Assembly (NCBI RefSeq): GCF_009914755.1
Contig: NC_060935.1
Direction: 5' to 3' (one strand)
Source of the DNA: the human T2T-CHM13v2.0 reference genome, Homo sapiens
DNA length: 64,000 nt
Shown here: positions 38,206-52,764 of the stretch, in pieces
Layout of the letters: every line of letters begins with the position of its first letter
Position numbering within the stretch: position 1 is the stretch's first letter
Position numbers and translations under genes: made by a program
Notes under the pieces: model-generated
Told to the model about the DNA's origin: nothing
Seen by the model: the letters and a program-made list of their open reading frames with translations, nothing else
The model's database searches: none

Positions 38206-38865
38206 GTGGAGATGTTCTTTTAAGGAAGTCAGAAAAGTTTTGAGTTGTTTCTGTAGTTTTCTCATATTTTTCTCAAGCATCCTTGCCTGCCTAGAATGCC
38301 AAAACAAATGGTCACCTCTTTAAACAAGCAAACAATTTTGATTCCCTGATAGAATTAATGTTATATTGGGGTAACCTCTCTGCTTAATTCAAGTTAGCAA
38401 TGTGACTAAAACTGTGTGATACTACACAAACATGAATTGAGGTAATTATCTATAAAAGCATTCAGAAAGCCAAGTGGTCCCTTTGTACCTTTTGGGAGGA
38501 TTGAGGATCTCCCAAGACAACTAATGTATTCAGGGAGTAGCTGAAGCTTATGATTTTTAATTCCAGTTTTTTCTAATCAGATTGTTTTTCCCAGTTCATA
38601 CCTTATCCTTGGTGTCAAATCTCAAAAATTAGAGAAAAGGGAACGAGCAATCATCATCTCTCCAATACTTTGTACCATCAGGAAGCCAACAAATATGGAA
38701 TTATGACTAAAGTTTTTCTAAAACCACAGAAGCCATTAATATGTATACACGTCATCAGGTTAAAAATCTAGATTGTCAGAATTCCAGGACTTAAAGAGTC
38801 CATTAGGAAAAAGGAACTCGGGACTCACTGAAGACTATTCAACTGCCACTGTAAAAATGACTAGT

Positions 38866-39188
38866 TTGGCTCACACCTATAATCTCAGCACTTTGAGAGA
38901 CTGGAGCCTGGTGGATCACTTGAACTCAGGAGTTCAAGACCAGCCTGGCAACATAATGAGACCCGTTTCTACTAAAAACACAAAAAAATAGCCTGGCATG
39001 GTGGTGCGCACCTGTGGTTCCAGCGACTTAGGAGGCTGAGGTGGGAGAATCACTTGAGCCCAAGCGGTGAAGGTTGGAGTGAGCTGAGATTGCACCGCTG
39101 ACCTCCGGCATCGGTGACAGAGCAAGACCTTATCTCAAAAAACAAACAAACAAGCAAACAGCAACAACAACAAAAAAAACAAAAACAA
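38866..39188 (+). mobile_element. AluJ
   Basis: Diverged Alu with cacttgagcccaag; (CAAA)n tail. Confidence 0.9.
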
Positions 39189-39256
39189 AGTGACTATTCC
39201 ATTTAGGATCTTTTCCAGTCTTCATTTTTTTACATTTTGCATAGAAAGGTTCTGTC

Positions 39257-39574
<318 letters not shown>

Positions 39575-39874
39575 TCATCACTTGCTTAACTGGTTCATGG
39601 TTCTTTTTAGTTTTTCTTCTAAAATTCTTCTCCTAAAAAATCAATGAATGTTTTTGTGGTAATGACTTTAAGTCAGGTTGCATACAAAGTCATTATTTTC
39701 AGCATTTGTCTCCATAAGTTAGAAAAGACCCATTTGAAAATCGCTTGTACTTCTAGTTAGGAAGTGCTAACTACAACCAAATTGCTTAACCAGAAAAAAA
39801 TCAGTAAATTATTTGTGAAGCTTTTAATATAAATAATATAAATAATATTTCATATAATATAAATAATTATATAA

Positions 39875-40275
<401 letters not shown>

Positions 40276-40633
40276 TAGTTAAAAATTTGACAGCCTTTAG
40301 AAATATGAAGACATGTCAAAATTAATTTTAGTAACTCATAGAGCTGTAAAAGAGTAGTGATAAGGGAAAATTTTAATACATATCATATCCAGATAAAATT
40401 AGGATGGATAAAACAGTAACTAAATTGATTAAATCATAGTAAAGCTTAATAAAATAGAAGAATATTTTTTATATATCGAAAGAATAATTTAAAAAAAAAC
40501 AAAATAAATTACACAAAAAGATGGGTATATTTCATTAAAATATATACACACAATTAAAATTTAACTATAAAAAGTGATATAAAAGAATTCATATAAGTTC
40601 AAGCAGTTCAAGATGTTTACAAATATACTTTTA

Positions 40634-40965
40634 GGCCAGGTGCAGTGGCTCATGCCTGTAATCCCAGCACGTTAGGAGGCTGAGGTGGGTGCATAACCTG
40701 AGGACAGCAGTTCCAGACCAGCCTGGCCAAAATGGTGAAACCCCGTCTCTACTAAAAATACAAAAAAATTAGCCAGGCATGGTGGTTGGTGCCTGTAATC
40801 CCAGCTACTCGGGAGGCTGAGGCAGGAGAATCGCTTGAACCTGGGGTCGGAGGTTGCAGTGAGCTGAGATTGCGCCACTGCACACTCCAGCCTGGGTGAC
40901 AACAGAGAAACTCTGTCTCAAAAAAAAAAAAAAAAAAGAAAGAAAGAAAGAAAGAAAGCAAAAAG
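40634..40965 (+). mobile_element. AluS (Sq/Sp-like) with (GAAA)n tail
   Basis: Full Alu; TSD aaatatactttta. Confidence 0.95.
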
Positions 40966-42054
40966 AAATATACTTTTAACAATTAACAATGTCTGTGGAA
41001 GTAAAACCATATTGCCCCTTTACTTTTTAAACCATATATTTGTATATTTTACTTTTTTATAATATGTCATTTTATCATTATAAAACAAAAGATAATACAC
41101 AAAATGTAATTTGATATCTAAAAAAGGAAGAATATTTTAAATAGGCCCACATCTTAAAGTTGTGATTATCTTTCTTTAGTGAAATAATATTGCTGCTGAA
41201 CATTTCTCGATCTCTTAAAAGCCCCAGGTTTGCTTTGGGGTTTGAGTGATGACTAGAAAAGACTCATGTTTTATCTGCCATTTCCTCTTCTTTAATGGCA
41301 GTAGAAGATGGCTTAGACGCTTTGGAGAGAATTGTTATATAAATGGTGATTATTTGAAGACAAGCAAAATTCGACATCAACTGTAAAATTATACACTCTT
41401 AAAAGCATTAAACTCATGCTTTTATACCAAGTTTACTGAAAACATTTATATGAAATGTTAAAAACTAACACTTTAAAACCAGGGAATTTACTTTTAATCC
41501 CCTCTCTGGAGTAGTCTTCATACTTGATATCTTAAGGAGTCTATGAAAAGTACTTTTTATCCGCATTTGAATATTAATGAAGGCAAATGGCATTTTGGAA
41601 AAGAAAAAAATATTTCTTATACTAACTATCTCTACCCTAGTATCACTTTTCTCTACAAGTGTGAGTTTATAAGTGTTTTAATTAAGACCATATGCTTTTA
41701 CAGTTTGTGGTTGTAATTTTAATTAAAAATACATACGTTTAAGACTTCTGTAAAACAATCAGCCATTTATTTGCAAGTAAACCACTGAGTTTAATACAAT
41801 TTAAGTAACTCTTTAAAGAAGCATCTACTATAAAATGGAATCTCTAGGAGATCCTATGGAATAGAGGTAGTTAAGGTAGAGTCTCTGATTTCATGGATTT
41901 AATAACCATCTAGGTATCCAGGCAACTGCTACAGAGATTTCTTCAATTCCATCTTTTGTGATCTAATCTACCATATTGTTAGAAGTACATTCTCCTGTGT
42001 CACTTTGGAAGCTTCAGTTTTATCTACGCATCATAGATTTGAGGAACTGAATGG

Positions 42055-42650
42055 ACACTTATTACCATTAATAGCAACAAAATGACAATACTTACAGGAA
42101 CAGAAACTGCTGAAGAATTTAAGATGTATAAATTATCTCATCCTAGGAATAACATGTCAAAGGTATGGCACATGTCTCCATTTTAGTGAAGAGACAACTA
42201 AGGTATAGATACTTTAAGGAAGAAATAGTGGAGCAAGGACTTGAGCCGAGGTCTGATTCCAAAGATCTAATATAGCACCTCATTGAATTTCTTGGCAAGA
42301 CTGATTATACTACATGGTTGAAAAGGCCAATTTTTTATTTAATCATAATTTGTTCAAATCCCAAAGTGTCCTTTAATATCTGTATGACTGTGAACAAATC
42401 ATTTGATCTTTCTGAGCCATGTTTCTTCCTCTATAAAAAAAAGCATAATAATATCTAGTTAAAGGAGGCTGTGAGAATTAGAAAATATATGTAAAATGTT
42501 TAGCACAGTGCCTAGACAAATTTAAACACTAAATACATGGAAGTAGTAATTATTTTAAAAATAACCTTATCTAAATTAAGTTACAGAAGAGGCAATATAG
42601 TTGCCCAAGTTTGAGTAGTGTCAGAACTGGAACTTGAGTGTCTTGAATAT
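42055..42650. mobile_element. Cluster of MIR fragments (minus, plus, minus)
   Basis: ctccattttagtgaagagacaactaagg (-); ttcaaatcccaa...ctttctgagccatgtttcttcctctataaaa...tttagcacagtgcct (+); ttgcccaag...gtcagaactggaacttga (-). Confidence 0.65.
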
Positions 42651-42761
42651 CAGAAGCAGCACATCTCTCAAGGAAATTATAATTTTATGAATGGATTGTT
42701 CTATTTAAGGTGACTGCCACTCGCATTGGTAAGAGTGATGTTATTTACTTAGTTTATTGTT

Positions 42762-42878
42762 GCAAATGCTAATCTCTTCCAAAAACACTCTCACAGACAT
42801 ACCAGAAATATTGTTTTACCAGCTATCTGGGCATCCCTTAGCCCTGTCAAACTGACATATACCATTAACCATCATAAT
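42762..42878 (-). mobile_element. MLT2 (ERVL) LTR fragment
   Basis: aaatgctaatctcttccaaaaacactctcacagaca...gctatctgggcatcccttagccc.gtcaa..tgaca...attaaccatca. Confidence 0.8.
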
Positions 42879-42897
42879 ATCCAACATATGTGTTTGA

Positions 42898-43281
42898 ATG
42901 TTTAACTACTTATTTGCTCTCTTCAAGCTCATATATTAAAATCCTGACCCCGAGTACTTCAGAATGTGACTGAATATGGAGACAGGGCTTTTAAAGAGGC
43001 AATTAAGGTAAAATGAGATAATACGGCAGACCCCACTCAATATGATTGATACTTATAAGAAGAAAGATTATGACACACACAGAGATTGAGAGGGGACACT
43101 GTGAAGATACAGGGAGATGGCAGCTGTCTGCAGGCCCAGGAGAAAGGCCTCAGAAGAAACCAAACCTGCTGACACCTTGATTTTGAACTCTAGTCTCCAG
43201 AACTGTAAAAAAATAAATTTCTGTCATCTAACCCACCCAGGCTGTGGTATTTTGTTGTGGCAACCTTAGCAAACTAATACA
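42898..43281 (+). mobile_element. MLT1B-like MaLR solo LTR
   Basis: cttcagaatgtgactg...ggcctcagaagaaaccaaacctgctgacaccttgatttt...agcaaactaataca. Confidence 0.85.
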
Positions 43282-44219
43282 GGAGCTACTGTGTATTACT
43301 TTACTATATCTTCAGATAGTTCCAGAGAACCCAGAAAACTGGATTTTTAGGTAAAAACTTCTGATTTTTAAATCTCAGAAGCTAAATCAAATTTATTTAA
43401 AACAATTGCAAGATAAAACTCTCTATGTAAAATAGAACAGGGTTAATTTATGTTGTGCATATGGGGGTCCTAGCACATAATGATTATTTAACAAATGTTA
43501 GTATGTCTTGGCTTCTCAGGCAATAGTAAAATTTTGTAGCAGTTTTGAAAATACAGTCACTTATCTTGGAAAACTTCTCTGGAGTCTTAGGAATATAAAC
43601 CATTTAGACTGACTTTGCTATCTTCCATTTCTGTCCTTTCAATTTAGAGCTGACATAAAAAACACTCAAGAGAACTGAGTCTGGAAAATGTGAGAAGAAA
43701 GTTAATTTTGGCAAATTTCTGAGAAATGAAAAGACGTATCAACAAGAAATTTCATTTCTAAGAGGTACAGCAATCTTGTTTCCTATTGATGAGCACTATC
43801 ATGGAGACCATGGCAAGACTGGGTTGTTGTGTCTTTTATTGGAGATCTCAGTGAACATGTCAGAAAGACAGAAAGTTACAAAGGCAGACTCCCAGTTGTC
43901 AGTTTGCCAAAACTCAGACAAACTACGAGAAGAGTCACTGAGAGATTCTCATTTTCTTCTAAAAGTAAAGTATGGATTTAGAAGGTGATGTAGGAAAAGC
44001 ACAAAAGACGACACAGGAATCTCAGGACAAGCTTAGTCGAAGGTCTTTTTGCCTTTGGAAAAAAACAAAATGAAACAAAAGAGGGTAGCAACTAAAAGAG
44101 TAATTCAACATCAGAATCTCTCTTTATTACCACCATGCTGTATTCATTAAGGCTGAGTTTCCCTCCTGGCTTGGGTTCACCATTGCCATGGACAAGGGAA
44201 AAAGTTATATTTCCTGTTG

Positions 44220-44324
44220 CAGTGGAATATTTTTATAGTGTGACCCTAAAAGTTTTTAACTGCAATTCCAAATTAAAAAATATATATTTATTTTTACTTT
44301 ACTATTCAACACACACATATACAT
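44220..44324. mobile_element. hAT-Charlie-type MITE, left half (right half at about 52228-52400)
   Basis: The right half has ctggtcatagtcaccaaattgatttt...aatgggttgtaacccacaatttaaaaa, typical of Charlie MITEs; the left flank appears to be its continuation across the provirus. Confidence 0.5.
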
Positions 44325-44747
44325 TGTCAATCAAAATAACAGACAAAGAGAGGCTGTCTAAAAATAAGATGCCTATTTGGGAATAGAGCACTGCAAAAGA
44401 AATATACATGCTGTAGTAAACTACATGCATATTCAGGGAAGTAAAGAAAGACAAAAGGTTTTACAGAAAAAAATGAGAAAAATTACCTAATCATTTTGAA
44501 AAACTTCTCCACTGCTCCAAAGATTAAAACAAAGGTGACACCAGTCCAAGTTTGGCCATGCAGCTGCTGAGTGGATGTCCTTGCAGAAATATTTTTTGTA
44601 TAAGGTTGTGACAGACTTTGTGCAAGGTTGTGGTTTCATTATAAAGTACACAAGCATGAGAACCTTCTCTTTATAGCCTTCCCCAGCTCTATGTGTCAGA
44701 CTTTTCTTAAAATTAGTGGCTCCATTTGGATTCTGATGACTTTCACA
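44325..44747 (-). mobile_element. 3' LTR of a MER65-type ERV1 provirus
   Basis: tgtcaa...ctttcaca, immediately followed by tttccccctttt (PPT on the minus strand); homologous to 51791-52227. Confidence 0.85.
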
Positions 44748-45885
44748 TTTCCCCCTTTTGATCAAGATCTTTCTCTGAAAGTATCACTGATAAATTACAC
44801 TATAGTTAAGACTTGTTGTCCCTTGACACCAGAATGTACCTGTCCCAGTTGCTGGTCTCATTCTACATTGGGGAGAATGATGAGCAAGTAGCAGTCAGTG
44901 TCAACATTCTTTTAGCCATATTTGAGCAACAACAGAGGTTTAAAAGGAGGGGCTCTCATGCTAAGTCCACTCAGAGTTCATTAGAAAGTTCAATTTTGTC
45001 TGTTCCATGGTCTTTTGGTACCAGCTTAAAGTGTAGGGTCAATATTATCTTGTTAGAAGTTGCACTTCTGCAAAAATTTAATTAGTAACAGATATAAAGT
45101 TTAAACAAGGAAAATACAAAGTAATATTAATAGTAATGTGACAATTCCAGTTTAGGTAATGGTTTTGAGCCATAAACCTTGACTTAAAGATCACCAATTG
45201 CATGAATCAAATAAGCATAGGGAATTAGATGAAGGATTTTGTAAGCATGTAGCTTGTTTGCTTATTTTGTATATATGAGGGTCAACTTTTCCCAGAGAAA
45301 TTTATCTAGATGGGCATGTAGTACTAGCAATAGCACATATATATTTTTTTAATTCAACCAATGGGTACTGAAGGATTTATTAGGCTACCTTCTGTTAAGT
45401 TACCAGCAGAAGCTATTGATTATGAAATTTCAATTAATCATTATCTTGTCAAGTACAAAAGGTAGCAAGTGGGGTAAGATTCTTACTATGATCAGGAGTC
45501 CTGTTTCTGTGTCTTGAGAAAAGCTTTTTACACTATGAAAACATTAACTTCTCCTAGTTTGTAGTTTGAGTGTTTCTGGTCATGACCAGGCAGCTTAGTG
45601 AACATTTTATGTGGTCCATACATCAGATACAGGGTTTGTCTCTTGAAATTCATCTAGTTTCAACTTCTATATTGCTTTTTATAGGAACAGAGTAGCTTTT
45701 TTTTTGTTTGAGTTACAGAGTTGTAGCCAAATATTGGAGAAAATTAGGAAAATTCAGAAACTGATTCAGTCAGAGAGAATAAGAACATAAAAACAATACA
45801 CAGGTGTATTGCAGTTTTTCTTTGGAAATATAACTTTTTCTTTCCACATTGATCTTATAGGAATCTCAGATTTAAAACTTCTTGA

Positions 45886-46273
<388 letters not shown>

Positions 46274-47474
46274 TTAGCATCTAAAGGTTCTTGAGGCTGC
46301 CAGGAAGTGACACTTTTTACTTACTGTAAGGCTGCAAACTCCTAAAGCTGGACATTCTATGCACATTTTAAATGATGGCATTTTAGTCAAAGCCTTGGTA
46401 ATATTTAATATAATCAATGTTTCTACTTGTATTCTGCATACAAAGACAGAGTAGATTTTTATTAAACTTATGTAAATAAAAAATAAGAATATGCACAAAC
46501 AGCTTCCAAATTTTGGATAAATCAAGTAGGGAGGAAAAGCAAATTTCTCCACTATTGTTCACAAAAGTATACTTTACCAGATTGTTTAAAACTATAGATA
46601 GCTTATAAAGCAAAATTTTCTTCAATCGTGAAAAGGAAACATTTAAGTAAATAACTAGCAATGTTTTAATTAAAAGTCATAAGACATTATCTTTGTCAAC
46701 TACTTCATTTCATGTAATTAATTCATTTTTGCTTTAACTTGGTTAGCAGTTATATGAATGTATCCGTTTTTTACAATGAGAGTTCTGAAAATTTTTATTT
46801 TGTCCATTTATTTTAAAGTTATCAGAAATCTGTGTTTAAGAGTACTAGTTAGAAAAAAGCAATTTTGGAATAGAGCTGATTGGAAATGCTTTTAGAGAAC
46901 TCAAGACAATAACTGTGCATGGTGAAAGCTTGAAATAGCTTATGGTTAAAATCGGATGAAAGTTTTCAATTGACAAAGAAATTTACTAAATTTACTACAT
47001 GTAGTATTTTAAGGTAACCAGATTCATGACTGACAGTGTCACATCAGGACCATCAGATTTAATAAATTCTATATAATCTTTAGAACATTAACATTAATGA
47101 CTTACCCATACAAACAGAACTGTAGAAAAGATTTAGCATAATTAAAATTATGATTGATAATATAGTAGACTTATGAATTTGTATAATTTTTAAAACATAT
47201 TTAACAGCTATATACCCATAAATGTAACTGAAAGAGTTTATAGTATCACTTGTCATTTGACAATATCTCCCGCATAATTTAGCAAATAAGTCGAATCATT
47301 TAGCATTACCACAAGAGAAGAGATACACTCTTTGACACATTAGAGGCACTTAACCAGAAAATTCCAAAGTTAATTTTAGCCCCAAAAGATTTAATTTAGG
47401 ATTTTGATTCTAGAGAAACCTGCCAAAGATTTCAAAAGATTCAAAACACTTGATCAAAACAAAATCACCTTTTG

Positions 47475-47810
47475 ATAGAGCTGGAGGTCATTATTCTAAG
47501 TGAAGTAACACTAGAGTGGAAAACCAAACATTGTGTGTTCACACTTATATGTAGGGGCTAAGCTATGAGTACGCAAAGGCATACAGAGTGATATAATGGA
47601 CATCAGCCGCTCAGAAGAGGAAGGGCAGGAGGGTGGCTAGATATAGAAAACAAACCATTAAGTGCAATGTACACTAGTTTGGTGATGGGTACACTAGAAT
47701 CTCAGAACTCACCACTATATTATTCATCCATGTAACAAAATACTACTCATACCCCCAAACTATTAAAACAAAATTAAAACAACAACAAAAAGGAAAAAAA
47801 AATGTAAAGA
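47475..47810 (+). mobile_element. 5'-truncated L1PB-type 3' end
   Basis: ctggaggtcattattctaagtgaagtaac...gctaagctatgagtacgcaaaggcatacagagtgatataatggac...catccatgtaacaaaa. Confidence 0.85.
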
Positions 47811-50800
47811 AACCCCAAAATTATAGGTTGTGTAAAATAATATTTATTTACCAGAGTTATAGTCAAAATACTTCAAAAAGCAAAACAAAAAGTTATATGG
47901 ATATAAAAACATTAAACCTTTAAAAGCTCAGTTTTCCTAACTAATAAAAAACCTAATGAAGACAATATAGAAAATTATCTTGATAAAACACTAAATTTTT
48001 TTTTTAGGTCAGTTACCAAAAAGATAAAGAGGTGAAGAAAAACCTTCTGCAGCATGATTTCTTATTCTTATGAGATGCCTTCTTAAATTTCCTGGAAGTC
48101 AAACCTAATGAAAATGGTACTTGAATTTAATCAGATACAAGAAAAATGTGTACAGAATTGTGACTGTACACCATGTTATAGAGAAATACAGACAAGGAAA
48201 ATATTACATTGAGCATGGAGTACATGACCTTTAGTAACAGCATGGGAAATTTCCTGGTTACATGAAACTATTCAGACATATCAAGAAAAGCCACGAATAT
48301 AGAATCAAGTTATACTGGAGAAAAGCATTCCATTTCTAGGCCTTTAAGATAAACATTTCATTATCTGACCACAACAAAAGTTGGCACCAGAGAAAAATAG
48401 TTACAGGAGCTGATGAAAAGGTTGAAGAAGAGAGTTAGCACCCCAACCAAGCAAAAAGATACATGATTTCAAGAGAAGAAAAAGAAGACAATAATGTATA
48501 ATTTGCAAATTACATGCAGTAAAGTAGAACAAAAGTTGAATTTCTGAGATACATGTGAGAAATTTCAAAAAGAAACATTTCCAAATTAAAAATTAATACC
48601 TCGTGCAATATAACTAAAAGTAAATCAATGCTTTAAGGAAACCTTGTTCTAACATTAGGTACCCATTTTTTTTTAGTTTGGTATGAATGTGTTTTTAATA
48701 TAAAAAATCTATCATTAGAAAGACTACTATAAATAATCACCTTTTAATTCTAGCCAACTTGATCACACACATAACTCCTTTCATAAGTTTCTTTTTCATG
48801 AATCTTATTATGACTTACACAGACCATATATGGCATGCTTGGATTTCTCTTTTGTCCTATAGTTTCTCTTTCTTAAATAATCTGTTATTTTACTTTAGGA
48901 GAAACAGTTACCATACAGGATTCTTTTTTATACAAAATTTTTCTCTTCATTTTAGCCTTTCTTATCAAAAATACATTTTCATATCTGTAACTTTCCCCAC
49001 ATCTCTCTCTCCTACGTTTGGTTTCTTTCTCTGTTGCTTCTATTTCCTTCCTAAATTTATATTTTAAAGCAACCTTCAAATAACTTCTGAATAAGAACAA
49101 ATTATACTTTTTTCAATAAATATCACATTTTTATACCTTAGTCATAATTTTTAAAAATTAAAAACATATCTTATCTTTTGGCACACTTTATACAATTATA
49201 TATTTATATATAGTTATATAAAAATTATATATATAAATTAGAATTTTTAACTCTTATTAAGTTTAAAATTTAGTGAAGACCTAGGAGGCAAGAAATATTG
49301 AATTGTCTGTAACATGTCAATATTTTATAGACAAGAAGCATTTTATAATTTTAGAAACATACTTCCCTGTAACATAATTTGTTTTAATCTTATTTGGAAA
49401 TAATCCAGCATTTAATGAATATCTATTATTTAATGTAACTTTAAGATTTCAAATTACATGAAACATTTATTTATAAATGTTTATCTCATTTACATTTACC
49501 TAACTTATTTACTTTTAACAGTATTAGACAAAGATGTTAATCATTTTACTTTCCTGGTTAACTATTTTTATAGCCTGTGAATATTAGCTGTTCACCTAAG
49601 TAAAAATTTTTACTTGATAACCCAGAAGATACAGCTATTTTCACTAAACTAATAATGTTAAATAGGTCTTACTTATCAAAAAATTACACAAAGATCATTC
49701 TATTTTAGGCTAGATGTATAGTTTTATAATCTTTGTCTCAAACCCTGACACCTTAAATATATAGCAGAGACACATATAAAGCTGTCTGAACAGTAAATCC
49801 AGGTAAAAATACATGCTGAGAATTCTGAAGACCTTTTTTAAAATTTTACCAATAATTTTAAAACCAGCTTATTTATTAACAATTTACTGGAGTCATGCAA
49901 ACTAAAGGCATTTAGGTTAATTACTATATATTTTATCTTGTATATGAACATTCTTTTATCCTTACAATATTTTTGAACAACTATACCAGCTTTGACCATG
50001 TGGACATACCATATAACATAATACATGAACATATACATATGTAAACCCATCTAAACATACATACACACACAAATAAAGACCTTATAGCTTTCACTTTTGA
50101 ATTTTAGTCATAAGACAGTAAAACAAAACAAAACAAACAAAAACTCACTAGTTTATAACAGACACTTAGATCCAAATTATATTTCTGACAAAATTGAGAC
50201 CTGTTTACATAGCTAAACTTTATTTGTCTTTACAGGTAATCTAATAAAGCCTGTAGATTAAAATTTTGGGTAAAGGTATTTCCATGGTAGTTTCATTTAT
50301 TTAAGTAAAAAAAAAATTCTTTTACCCTTTTTTGTAAATCAATTTAAAATAAGTTTAGGGTTAAATTTTTAAAATTTATGTTTAGCTAGGACTGGCTGAA
50401 TTGTATAAGAAAAACAAAACCTCTAAGAAGACTTACATTTATAACAAATCTGTCTTTTGTTGGCTGGTCTAGTTTGCTTGATTACCAAATGCACCTAGGT
50501 GAGAATTTTAGCAGTTTTTTTTTTTTTTTCGCCTTTTCCTTTTAGCTTTTTATGGCAGAAAAAGTTAAAGTTTTTTGCTAGACAGAGATGTATTATTGTG
50601 CTAAGCTCAAGATTTTGACCAGAGAGCCTAACATTTATAAACAATTATCTAGTATTTTTTAGATTATTAATTTTTAAATTAAGCATTCCATCATTGTATA
50701 CAATTGTTAGACAAATATGAATTTATATTTCTAAAAGGTGTCTAGGCTGTTGGTTACCACAGAGAGGTTGTGATTTCTAAGGCCATTAATTTGAAGGACT

Positions 50801-51768
50801 TTTAAGATTTTTTTCCTTTTTAATCTTGGCTGGAATTCCATAAACAGTGAGTTTTTTTCTCAACACTAGTAGAAAAGTCAGCAGATTCAAAGTAGACAGA
50901 AAAAGAGAGAGAGAGACAGAGAGAGAGAAACAGAAAAATTAGAAGACACCATATGTTTCCCCTACAGCTGCAGGTTTTTTAAATAATGACCATCTCCGAA
51001 TGGTCATTGATAATATGAACAGTTCTGAATTATCCTTGATGTAGTTTGTCTATCAGTTTAAAAATACGCACAAGTATAGGCCATAATATGTAGCTGACTG
51101 GAGTTCAAGAAAATTTGGCATGCCTTAAGTTTAAGAATTTCATTTCATTTCTTATTAATCCCTTGGGAACAAAGAAAATCCTATAAATCCTGTCAGAAAA
51201 TGTCAGAATTTAAGACCAGTGTTTTAGATGATAGCAACTACCCTAGTGGCTTTTATTTCAGCCATTCTGAATTCCCTTCCAGAATGTTTATTTTTGCTCT
51301 TAAAATATTTGTAGATAAAAGCAAGGGAATGCAGTCAACCCAAATAAAAATAAACTAAGATGAATGTGTTCAAAACAGTTTAACCCAGGCATGCAAATGA
51401 AACAAAATATTGAACTAGGCATGCAAAGCAGAGAAGACATATCTCACAGATAGAATGTAAATTCTGTATTAAAAAAGAATATTTAATCTAGAAAGACACT
51501 TCTTATCTTTATACTAAAAAGGACTTACTACCAGAAAAGATGAAAAGACTTTTATCATCCCAGGAGGTATATATAGTCCTTTATTAAGATGGCCTTTTCC
51601 AAACCAGAAACCAAGTAAAGTCAAAAAATCTCTACCAATAGGAGGGAGAATTGATCTGAGTTAAGACTCACCAGGGCAAAAAAAAGCACGCTGTGAAAGT
51701 GGAGGGCTCAAGTGTGTACTACACACCAGTTCTGAGAATTGCTAATTCCTTCAGATAGTGAACTGAAG

Positions 51769-51786
51769 ATCCTATTTCTGACATCA
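51769..51786 (-). promoter_or_regulatory. Primer-binding site, tRNA-Leu-like
   Basis: The reverse complement tgatgtcagaaataggat matches TGGTGTCAGAAGTGGGAT at 15/18, adjacent to the 5' LTR. Confidence 0.7.
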
Positions 51787-51790
51787 TATA

Positions 51791-52227
51791 TATCAACCTG
51801 AATAACAAACAGAAACACTCTCTAATAGAAAACAATGTCTATTTGGAAATACGGCATTGCAAAGGGACTACACATGCCATGGTAAACTATGTATATTCGG
51901 GGAGGCAGAAAAGGCAAAGGTTTTTAAAGGAAAAACATAAGGAGAATAATGTAGTTGTTTTAAAATAATTATTCTTGGCTACAGGGATAATTAATAACAA
52001 GGATGGTGCTAGTCTGAAATTGGACAGGCCATTTCTAGGCAGATGTTCTTATAGAAGTATTTTTGTGTAAGGTTGTGATGGCCTTTATGAAAGGTTATGG
52101 TCTTTGTAGTGTTTTTTGTTATCAGACATTCAAGGATGTAAACTCTCTCCTCATGGCCTTTCCTGATTCTAGTTTTTAGGACTTTGTTAAGATTAGTGAC
52201 TCTTTTTGACTCTGATCATTTTTCACA
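51791..52227 (-). mobile_element. 5' LTR of the MER65-type provirus
   Basis: tatcaacctgaataacaaacag...ctatttggaaatacggcattgc...tttcaca; provirus TSD acat/actt (3/4). Confidence 0.85.
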
Positions 52228-52764
52228 ACTTGTATACTACTAAAACCAATGTTTTATGAAACATTTCATGAAACGTTACAATATATGTAATATCCCATAG
52301 TATTTTCTATTCTTTTTCATTTTTCAAAAATACTGGTCATAGTCACCAAATTGATTTTAGGGCACTTTGAATGGGTTGTAACCCACAATTTAAAAATGTA
52401 AGACATTGAAAAACTGCTTTTAAAATTTTGGGTATTGAAAGGACCTAAGAACAGTAAATAGTCTGATAATTCAGTTTCAGACTGAGTTAGTTGGAATTTT
52501 TATCGTACATTTTGATGTTTGAAATGAAGATTTTAAAGGTGGAACAGCTTTGGATCATAAGGCCTAGTGTACATTTATTGAAATAGTAGCTAAACAGTCT
52601 GATAACTCAGTTTACTCTGTGCATACCCATAGAAGATACTCTCATATCAGTATAATAGATGAACTAAATGTTAAGATTCATTGATTAATTATATGTTGAA
52701 CTAATGTTAATAGTTAATAGTTAACGTAATAGATGAACTAAATGTTAAGATTCATTGATTAATT

